Below, in pieces: positions 1-8,919 of a stretch of 21,789 nt of DNA. The notes beneath the pieces were generated by a model. That model was given only the letters and a program-made list of their open reading frames with translations, made no database searches and had not been told where the DNA came from. The position numbers and the translations under genes are program-made. Source of the DNA: Atractiella rhizophila (taxonomy: Eukaryota); assembly GCA_021432655.1 (NCBI GenBank), contig MU271330.1, positions 68,955 through 90,743 on the forward strand. Reading direction: 5' to 3'. Every line of letters begins with the position of its first letter. Within the stretch, counting starts at the first letter, position 1.

Positions 1-2
1 GA

Positions 3-626
3 CTTTATGCTCGTGTGTTGCGAAGTCTTCCTCGTATCAACGTGAGTGTGGAAAGTCAACGACGTCCTCTGCTGCTGTGGGCACTACGACTGCGGAGACG
101 AATCAAGAACGCAAACAAAAGCAACGATGAAGATGTTAGCGTGGACGATCTCAATGCCATGCTGACTCTATTCCTTACTCCGTCAACATCGCTGCCGGTT
201 ACACCTAGGAACATGGACGTAGCGTGGCTCCTCTTCCGCGAAATTTCTCAAGGACCTTTCAGAAGTCAAGAGCAAAAGAAAGCGACGTTTGAAACTTTAC
301 TTGAAGGTCTTACCCGCCTTTCGTACCCTTCGCACCCTGGCGGTCGATATGCAGGGGAATTGGTGAAGCGCTGGGAATACGTCCGTTGGATTTTGGAGGA
401 AGGGTTCGACGTTATTTCTGGCAGTTACATCAAGTCAGCAGTGATTCGGATGGCGGCAGAGGGAGAGTTCGAGATGGCGAAAGAGACGTCGGAACGGTGG
501 TGGAAAGAAGTTATCCGGACAGAGAAGCTACTGACACCGCAGGAGGAGAGAGACATGACCCTGGTTTCCGCTGCTGTGATGGATTTGGAGCAAACTAGTC
601 TGGTCAGGAAGACGCTGGCACCGTAG
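3..626 (+). CDS. 3' part of an unidentified protein-coding gene (runs off the left edge); predicted helical, possibly PPR-like
   Basis: Frame is open from position 3 to TAG at 624-626 (>200 codons) with protein-like composition. No motif recognised with confidence; the PPR-like impression (SAVIRMAAEGEFEMAKE) is weak. Confidence 0.6.
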   Translation, partial: LYARVLRSLPRINVSVESQRRPLLLWALRLRRRIKNANKSNDEDVSVDDLNAMLTLFLTPSTSLPVTPRNMDVAWLLFREISQGPFRSQEQKKATFETLLEGLTRLSYPSHPGGRYAGELVKRWEYVRWILEEGFDVISGSYIKSAVIRMAAEGEFEMAKETSERWWKEVIRTEKLLTPQEERDMTLVSAAVMDLEQTSLVRKTLAP

Positions 627-1200
627 CTGAATTTATTTCGCTCGTGACATTATGCAATGATGCCTGCGGTCAGGCATCTCAGTCGAAGTTTCACGCGTAC
701 GCTTTTTCTCAAAATCTGCAAACGGCAATCACTCAAACCGAGGGCAGCGGCATCTTCTTCAGACACAGACTCCAGCTTATCTATCTATGGGCTAACCACA
801 TTGGACCGTTACGTCAATAAAAGTCCTGCATTGAAGATAGTTGAACGTAGTAGATTGTACAAATTTCTCATATATACCAGCAAATACGCCGTTAGCATTG
901 CATTAAACTCGATTATTTTCATCCAACTAGCAAATGAGACAAGTGAACATGTGAACGATGACGTTGAAGTTTATCGCCACCCACCCCTTTGAGCTAGTAA
1001 ACTTCCAATGCAAGGGCTTCTGGCAATGCCATTTCTATCATTGGTCTGAACAAGAACCTGATTGCTCTGATTCATTAAGATGGGGTCTGCTCTCGAATTG
1101 GTTGGAAACGAAGGTGGGACAGCGGATCAGACATCACAAGGAAGTAATGTCAGCGAGCACAGTTGAACTTTGAGGAAAATGGAGTTTAATTGAGCACAGG

Positions 1201-2363
1201 CTACTGTGCAAGGCCGATACCCAGCAGCTCATGAGGCTTCGTAACCATGACCAATTTTGTGTCAGTTGGGCCAAACATTTTCTCAAAAACCATATTTGAT
1301 TCTCCGGTCTAAACGGTCGTCAGCGATACCTTTGTCTTTGATGAAAGTCGAAGAAATCACTCACATCCGGGTGATAATGTTCTAGTGGTAGCCATTCCTC
1401 CTCTTCTAATCGCTTTTTAACCTCAAAAATGCCAGTCTGCCAATCTCTCGGGTCCTTGGCCTGCTCTGCAGCTTTGACTGAAACCTGCTCCCATTATTGG
1501 AATCAAACAACCCGCTTCTGAATGAGCGAAAGTGACATGCCTGTACTGCCTTTGCTGTTTGAGCAGCTTTTGAAGCCTTTTTCGCTTTCTTTTCTTCCTC
1601 ATCAAGCTCGACATCTGATCCACCAGACCCAGAGTCATCCTGTTCATTGGCTAGTCGTTGACGGCGCCTCTCCCTACGTTCCATAAGTGTTAATTCGTCC
1701 AAGTAGGAGAGCTCGGGCCGTAGTTGGATGGTCGTGTTCAGGGGGTTTAGGTGTAGTTCATCTGTAGGAAGGTCTATCTTCAGGGAAGCTATTGATGAAT
1801 GACTCGCTCACCGCCTCTCATTACTCCTACAAAGTAATTTGTCATCCCAGGCACAATTTCGCTAGTCATGGACATTCTCTCAAGCTTCCCGCCTTTCTTT
1901 TTTTTGTCTTCCCATCCTTCGACCCCCTTTCCCCACTCTTCTGCTTTCGAATCATTCCACCGACGGTTCATGTGTTCGAGAGGGAGGGACAGCTCCATAT
2001 GCGAGTTGATCGGCTTATAACGCGCCTTGATAGCTCCATCTGGATCGTCTCGAAGGACTGGCGGAAGGAGGGGATGATTCGTATACGGTTTTGGTGGGCG
2101 GGACGGGTACTGAAGAAGAGCCAACGAAGGCGTCCCGGAAAAGGTGGGGTTAAGGAAGACAGGCAAACGCTGCGTTCATAGTCAATACTCAGTAGCATTC
2201 ACAGAAGAACAGAGGGTTCTACCTTTATGATGGGATCGCTGGGGTCATCGTCTGCGTCCTCAAAAGGTGCATTCAGGTCTGACATTGGCACATCCTCATC
2301 AAGCGGGGCTGGATGAGCGGAAGGATCTGGAGATTCTGCACGAAAAACTCCCGTCTCTTCCAT
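1201..2363 (-). CDS. RPC37: RNA polymerase III subunit Rpc5/Rpc37 (Sin-like family), 5 exons
   Basis: Spliced product MEETGVF...DDDPSDPIIK|RLPVFLNPT...LLQYPSRP...ARYKP...NYFVGVMRG|DELHLNPLNTTIQLRPELSYLD...AKAVQ|VSVK...EEEEWLPLEHYHPD|TGES...LAQ*. The DPII..V.L, LLQYP, LHL.P....QLRP.L.YLD and EE.W motifs are characteristic of Rpc5. Introns include 2170-2222, 1762-1811 and 1485-1540; stop at 1201-1203. Confidence 0.92.
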
Positions 2364-2411
2364 TTCTTGTTATCTGTTGCGGTGCGGCGAGGTTGGGTTG
2401 AATTGCTAAAA

Positions 2412-2419
2412 TCACGTGA
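2412..2419. promoter_or_regulatory. Palindromic E-box (TCACGTGA), possible bHLH (Cbf1-type) site upstream of RPC37
   Basis: ATCACGTGAC about 50 nt upstream of the ATG at 2363. A similar GTCACGTG lies at 21483-21490 upstream of the Spp1-like gene. Motif match only. Confidence 0.3.
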
Positions 2420-2594
2420 CTCTGATCAGTGTTCCTCCTTTCAACCCTCCAACATTGTGACGTTTCGCCTCCACTTGGCACAATGCAATCTCTCTTGGTG
2501 GAGTAAACATTTTTCAATGGTAATATTCAACCGTTGTACGTACAACTCATTTTGCAAGGATCAATCAATGCTGCGGCTTTCTCACTCAGGCTCC

Positions 2595-4081
2595 TCAAAT
2601 CTCCTCAGATTTGATGGAAGGTATAACTTCCATCTGATCGCGAGGGAGATTTATGCAAACACCCTCTAGTACCTTCCATCTTTCGTTATTCTGCACAAAG
2701 CAAGCTTTGCCTTTCAGCTTCTTTTCTACATCTTCACCATAGACCTTCCTGAGAGAACTCTTCACTCGCCTATAAACGGTCAAGTTTGATTACAATAAAG
2801 TGGGAATACTCACATTTTGGTCATTAGGAAATCAACCAGCTCATCACGTGTCATCCCACACTCTTCATGCTCCAACAGAGCCATCTTCATCAAAAGCAGC
2901 CTGGGACGAAGGGTATCCCCCGGAAGCAGCACTACAGAGCCCCTTTTGAACCTAATCCTCTCCCTTGGCGGCTTTGTAGTCGAACTGTTAGTTACACCGC
3001 CTTTGACATCCTTCACAGTTTTGCTCGCCCTCGTCTTTGCTCCTCGAGGACGTGTGGGTGTTGGAATGTCTTCACTGCCTCTGAAGGTGAAAGAATTGTT
3101 GAGTTGAGCATTTGTTGTGGAAGGAGTGGGTAGGAACGGCTGGATCATTGGTTCAGGAGTCACGAGTTTTGATTGGTATCCTTCAATAGTGGGAGCTTGG
3201 AACATACGACGGAAGTCGTATTCTTCGGTGATAGGAGCATTGACCCTTTGAACTGTTTCGTCAACGATGAGGTCGACGAACGGGCGTGGCGCGCTTTCCA
3301 GTCCTTCCGTGATAGGAGTGGGCAGTTCAGGCGTTGTTCCCAATTGAAGGACAGCAGGATCATTCGATGTGTCCGAAACGGAGGATGAGGAAACGTGATA
3401 TTCGATAGCATCGATTATCGCAGTCGCTATCCCGAACAGGATGCTCACGTCGTTGCAAGAGCCTGTTGCGTTTTGAGCACTAAAGTATCATCGCGGATGG
3501 GTCCTACTTATAGCATTCTTGAGTTCGTAACTGAGAGTGTTCAAAGGCTGTTGAGCGTGAACTGGTTGAGCTGAAGATTACTGTCAACTTCGCTCGATGA
3601 GATGCAAGGAATGTTACCGTCCACTGCAACAGATGGTGTATTATCAGATATGGCAGGCTCCCAGAGTCAGTCTGGATTCATGTATACATATATCGACTTA
3701 CAGTCGTCTGGCTGACACGGAGGGGGCAGCAGCGAGTAAAAGCTATCATAACAGACATGGTAGTCTGAAGAGGGTTGTGAATCGACAGTCGATGTATCTA
3801 GATCTCATTTTCAATATCAACTTCGAAAAGAGGAAAGACGCGTACCAACAGGCGGAGCTTCATGAGAAGCAGTCCTGTATGACAGACCAAATATATAAGG
3901 CATTCTTCTTCTCGGATGGATGAAGGACTCACGGGCTTGCACTGGCAAATGTAATGCCTTCTGTCTCAGTGAAGAGTGGTCGTATGTTAGCGGTTGGACT
4001 GGAAGACGCGTCGTTGGAAGCAGGAAGCATGGGTGACGTCGTTGACAGGCTCTCAGATGGGTGCTGTGGTAACGGGTGCAT
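2595..4081 (-). CDS. Multi-exon hypothetical protein: Ser/Pro/Thr-rich N-terminal region and C-terminal divergent forkhead/winged-helix-like domain
   Basis: ORF 2810-3448 joins ORF 2595-2783 in frame through a GTGAGT...TATAG intron (2770-2813). Upstream exons (ATG at 4081, GTGAGT, GTACGC and GTAAGT donors) are plausible, but the exon path through 3450-3700 could not be resolved, so the 5' end is uncertain. Confidence 0.6.
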
Positions 4082-4371
4082 CGAGACAAATGAGGTCCTA
4101 AACCTCGAGACAAACACTATTATGTGTGAGGCAACCTGAAAAGATAGTAGAAAGAGATGGAAAGAAAGAAAAAGCAATGGGCAAAAGCGCGAGTAAACTT
4201 AAAACGCGAACGCGTCAACGTGAGTCTCGTGACGTCGCTTTCCTTATGTGTCTCGAGCTTGTCTTGCTCCTGTACCACAACTCTGCGAAAACACTTGGAG
4301 GCGGTCGTGTATTACTCGTATCGGGAGTCTAGTTCGATCGAGCGGTTGGAAAAGTTGGGGAAAAAGATGGA

Positions 4372-7142
4372 TCACCATTGCAGCTCGTCAAGCCTCCCTA
4401 CTGTCTCGGCGCTCTTCAATGTCGTCTCAGCTGCTTTCATTCCCACCTTCACCCATTCCCTCAGCGCGGCTCCATTCCCCCCTCTTCTCCCTTCAAGGTA
4501 AGCAGCTAGCAGACCAGCAAGCATCGAGTCTCCTGCTCCTACTACTGTTCCTAGTTCGGATGCATTGAGCTCTCGCTCAGGCGGGAAATAGCAAGCAACA
4601 ACAGCATGTCCGGTCCTTGCATCAACATGATACAGGAGTTCGTCCCCTGATGGGGGGAGTCGGTCATCTAAGGGAAGTCTTTGGGTGACGAGAACTCCTT
4701 TCGGTCCGAGTTTCGTAAAGACATTTCTGGAGATGGTAGTCATTTGGAGAGCCAATGGTACGATCGGTAATAGGAAATTCGGAAGGCGGAGCGAGGACAA
4801 TTCGTGCAGAAGCCCAGAGGGAGAAGGGGGGATCGCGTTGAATAGAGTGTGTACATTCATGCGCACAATTTCGTGTTCGTTCGGAGTGATGATCTCCAGA
4901 GGGGTGATGAAGGGTTCGCTGTGAGAGTTGAAGGGAAGAAGCGCATCCAAGATTTTGAGGGATTTCTGATCACTTGTCGGTTCAAACACAACTGAGGGTC
5001 CCTTAGCCTCAACTGGCGAGCTTGATGGGTGGCGTACCTTTCACGTTGTGTTTGCGGCACCAAGAAACCACTTCTGAAAGTGCTTTAACACTGAGATTCC
5101 CGTCTAAACAAACAATTTGCAGCCCTCCTAGTCGTTCCAAAAACGCAATAATATCGCGTTCATCCCAGTTTTCAACAAGGTTCATATCCGCCATTCCAGT
5201 CATCAATCCTCCCTCCTGATCAAGCACAAGCGTGCATGTCGGTGTCCTTTCCCCGTGTACCGTGACCAATCCGTCCGTTCGCATGCCATACAACCTCATC
5301 CTGTCTTTCACTATCTGGCTCCACTCATCTGTGGCAACAGGGGCGATGAGGGTTGGTGGGGTGACGCCAGAACGGCGCAAAAGTAGAGTAGCTGCGTGAG
5401 CAATGTTGCGTGCGACTCCTCCCATCTGCAATGACAGACGGCCGGGAACAAAACTGAGATTCCCGTCTAAACAAACAATTTGCAGCCCTCCTAGTCGTTC
5501 CAAAGAAGCAATGATATCGCATTCATCCCAGTTTTCAACAAGGTTCATATCCGCCATTCCAGTCATCAATCCTCCCTCCTGATCAAGCACAAGTGTGCAT
5601 GTCGGTGTCCTTCCCCCGTGTACTGTGACCAATCCGTCCGTTCGCATGTCATACAACTTCATCCTGTCTTTCACTATCTGACTCCACTCATCCGTGGCAA
5701 CAGGGGCGATGAGCGTTGGTGGGGTGACGCCAGAACGGCGCAAAAGTAGAGTAGCAGCGTGAGCAATGTTGCGTGCGACTCCTCCCATCTGCAATGACAG
5801 ACGGCCGGGAACTGTAGTGTGAAGACGTGCAGGATGAGATTGCTGTGCTGTGATGTCAACTGCTGCACACCCGACGACAGCGAGAGGTGACTGTTCTGAG
5901 GATGTGTTCAAGCTGATTCCTTTGTGAGATCGTCCATGTTTTGCATCTACCTACGAGTCAATTCATTCCTTTATCTCTGCAGCGGAAGGAGGTACATCTT
6001 CACTCTGTTGCAATTTAGAGTATTCAACAGCGATCTGAGCTCCCACCCTTGCGTTATTCTCGATGAGAGCGATGTCTTCGCACTGGCATAAGAAAACCTT
6101 GAAGGCACATCAACAGAGGACCTACTATTTTCGATACTTTCACCCTTTGTCTCTCTTGCTACGCGCTCAAGGATCCACGGTGTAACCGCTTTGCCTAATT
6201 TATGAATCCCCTCTTCCTCCGCCTTTTTCACAGTCTCCTCGACGATCTTCTGGATTCTTAATCCTCGGTCTTCAAATTTCTGAGGAATTGGATTAGCAAG
6301 AAGCATTCCAGAACCCCTGTCCGTCGAGTTAAGAATCCATAATGCTCTCGCTGCCTCTTGAAAGCTCTCAAATGAGAGTGGAGACTTGCAACCTGAATCA
6401 GAAGTGTAGAAAGCGGGGAACTTCGTGCTTCGATAAGTTGAAACTAGCACTCCAAGTGTCTCCTATTGCCGTAGGAGTTAGGACACGGTGCGGTAAACGT
6501 GAGGAATACGAACAAGGTACTCCAGCGTGAGTGGGATATCAAGGATAGACTTTGGACCTGAACAGACAACCATTCCTGGGATCCGAGCTAGAGTAGGCAG
6601 ATCTGAAGAGATGTCAAAAGCTAAATCTTCACGTCAACATATTGAAATGAGGGTAGAGAGAGGATGCACTAGACGAAGCTCCACGGTGGACCCCTCCAAT
6701 GCCGCCAGTCACAAATACACCTTGATGACCAGCAAGCCGCATAACTTCCATCGTTCCAGACACCGTCAGGCCCGCAGTTTTCCTCTATAATTCGGAAGGA
6801 ATTTAACCTCGTCCGACCCCCATACAGACCTTTGAGCAGAAAGCTCACCTGAGCAACAAAAGCTGGAATCTCTCTCACACCAGCTTTCTCCCTCCCTTCT
6901 TCATTTGCCAATCTCTCAATTTCTTGAGGGCTTAAACCGACCCTTATGACGCCATCCAAGATACCAACAGTGCTTGGAACCGCTCCATGGCCTTCAACGA
7001 TTCTTTCCAAGGAGAGAGGGACGGAAGAGTGTGAAGACGGTAGACCGTGCGTTATAATGGCTGATTCAAGAAATACTAGTGGTTGCTGGTGAACTAGCGC
7101 ATGTTTGACTCGTGGAGAGATCGAAAGGAAACGTCCTGCCAT
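4372..7142 (-). CDS. Bifunctional pseudouridine-5'-phosphate glycosidase (IndA/PsuG family) fused to PfkB-family pseudouridine kinase-like domain, about 7 exons
   Basis: Glycosidase motifs [69 protein letters not shown]. An intron ending at 5951 links in frame to PfkB motifs [47 protein letters not shown]. This fusion is an established architecture in fungi and other eukaryotes. Confidence 0.93.
5087..5812. repeat. Direct tandem duplication, 2 x 363 bp (5087-5449 and 5450-5812), in frame within the kinase domain
   Basis: Hand alignment: 14 mismatches in 363 bp (about 96% identity), no indels, about 8 synonymous and 6 non-synonymous. The 121-aa unit [11 protein letters not shown]...LDGNLS appears twice in ORF 5009-5911. 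Confidence 0.97.
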
Positions 7143-7322
7143 TAATACTCTCCTTTCTGGTAGTTGCTTCTACTCCGAAGTCGGCGATGGGAAGAAGCCA
7201 CCGCAGCGCCTGACCGGAACTGGTGAAAGGTGTGTGTCTATCATATCCGTACGTTGCGAAATTCGCTGTCTCATGATGTTCCCGGTTGCACGACAGCCTT
7301 ACGTTCCGCAGATCCGCTGAAG

Positions 7323-8310
7323 ATGCCTGTTAGCTCACCTTCACTGTTCACCAGCGAAGAGCTCGCAATATCAGCAGCTTCAGCTGCTCGACAGATCTCC
7401 TCTTCTTCTGGAGAAGTGTCGGATACCAAAGCGCTCTTAGCAACGACTTCGTCCACATCGTTTCTCGTCACATTCAGTAGCGGCGACCGTGCCTTCGTCC
7501 AATTCAGGAGAAGCGAGATCTCACTCGACGAAAACGCGTTCGCTAACTCTGTTCTTGGGGAAGAAATTGTGCCTAAGGTCTCACGGGTTCACCTTGACGG
7601 CGCCCCCGTAGCATTTGTTTCTCGATTCGTTGATGGAAGGTCTTGGGAGGACTGTGAGAAAGAGATGAATGATGAGCAACATCTCGCCGTCGCTTTTGAA
7701 TTGGGCAAGTTGATTGCCAAGTGCCGAAGGACGGAGTCATCAGAGAAGGTGCTGGATGATGTTGTTGCTCCGAAGCTGGATAGGATCCTGAAGACCGTCA
7801 TGGAGCCAAAAGCTAAAGCTGCCATTCAACATGTCCGAAATAATCTTTACTCTTTGAAGGAATTTCCCCTCGCAAGCTGTCACATGGATCTTCGAGCCAG
7901 TAATGCAAGCTACCACTCTCTCACACTCTTCTTGGCGTCCAAAATGACTGAACTCTGTGTAGATTTTTCTGGACTCAAAATACAAGCTTGTCTCTGTCGT
8001 TTCCTGGCATCACGCCGTCTCTCTTCCCATCGCCTCCAATCTCGGAGTCATTCGCTCGCTGGCCACAATGAATGACGAGATCCTTAATCGGACGTTTGAG
8101 CAGACGGTTCGCTTTGTAGACGGATTTATGGATGGTTTGGGCGATCTCTTCTCAAAGGTATTCACGAATGGGAATAACGAACGAGTTGTGGTTGCTGCCA
8201 AAGCCGGGAAGATATTGTGGCTTTGGAAAGATGAAAACGCAGAGCCACCAGAAGATGCAGTTTCGAGACTTCCCAGACTTTTCGGTTGGTATTTAAGGAT
8301 GTTGAGGTAG
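7323..8310 (+). CDS. Aminoglycoside phosphotransferase (APH)/choline kinase-like fold protein, 2 exons
   Basis: ATG 7323; VQFR...LG..VP N-lobe pattern and HMDLRASN catalytic-loop motif (HxDxxxxN). A 58-nt GC-AG intron (7905-7962) joins it in frame to IFLDSKYKLVSVVSWHHA and on into ORF 8068-8310. Confidence 0.75.
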
Positions 8311-8439
8311 GAAATTATATCCTTAATACATTACATGTGATAAGGGCATCTCTCTTGTCATTCTGAGTTAAATACAGTCTCCAGGAGTAAGAGGCATCCA
8401 TATGTTTAATCGGTCTAATACGAAAGGCAAAAGTTAAGG

Positions 8440-8443
8440 AAAA
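8440..8443 (-). terminator. Putative Pol III terminator (TTTT) immediately 3' of the tRNA-like gene
   Basis: Minus strand reads CGACTTC C C TTTT CCTTAAC TTTT; the T4 runs are short, so this is tentative. Confidence 0.5.
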
Positions 8444-8444
8444 G

Positions 8445-8538
8445 GGAAGTCGCTCAGATTCGAACTGAGATTAGGCAGCAGTTCGACAAGGTCGAGCTAT
8501 AAGCTCAAGTGCCCGGATTACCATTCTCCCACAACTTC
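8445..8538 (-). tRNA. Atypical intron-containing tRNA or tRNA-like gene; nominal anticodon GAG, isotype undetermined
   Basis: Minus strand: GAAGTTG TG GGAG AATGGTA ATCC G GGCAC TT GAG C [TTATAGCTCGACCTTGTCGAAC] T GCTGCC TAAT CTCAG TTCGAAT CTGAG CGACTTC C. It has a 7-bp acceptor stem, 3-bp D stem with GG in the loop, perfect 5-bp T stem with TTCGAAT loop, A- and B-box-like sequences and a downstream T run. Confidence 0.85.
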
Positions 8539-8919
8539 TCTAAAGTATACTAAGTTTAAACTGCAAAATATCAACCTTGAGAGTATAAGGAGCTTTTGGA
8601 AGTCAAGTTGCAATGCACACTTGTTTCTGTTTCCATAACGATCACAAACCCACAGTCCTAAACATGTTGCGTTCGTTGTTGCCGTTGTGGATAGGCAACC
8701 AGCAGGGTTCACGTGGACCGGAAGAGCGGTTGCGCATTATTGCGGCCTAAACCCGCCGTTCCCGCCGAATGTCGGAATCGGAACAGTTCATAAAATTTTT
8801 GAAGAGCTCGCAACACGCCAAGCGAGGAAGAAAAGTTATCAAGAAGTGCAGTACCGTGAGTAATTCGCCTTATTGCACGAGCAGTGCTTACTTTGGACTT
8901 TGGAAGCAGTTAAAACAAA

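Noticed and set aside
657..1173. ORFs 657-992 and 958-1173 as genes
   Set aside because: No recognisable motifs; they sit in the region between two convergent stop codons and are probably 3' UTR or intergenic.
5087..5812. RIP-like mutation of the duplicated segment
   Set aside because: Differences run in both directions, include transversions and are mostly synonymous, unlike unidirectional C-to-T RIP.
8445..8538. Ordinary tRNA-Asp (the insert contains CTTGTCG)
   Set aside because: The GTC lies within the insert and is not flanked by the GGCAC/TGCC anticodon stem at the right spacing; the acceptor stem and discriminator are not Asp-like.
8511..8540. Selenocysteine tRNA on the plus strand (GCCCGGAT resembles the eukaryotic tRNA-Sec 5' end)
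   Set aside because: No TCA anticodon arm or T arm follows; the sequence is just the reverse complement of the D-arm region of the minus-strand tRNA-like gene.
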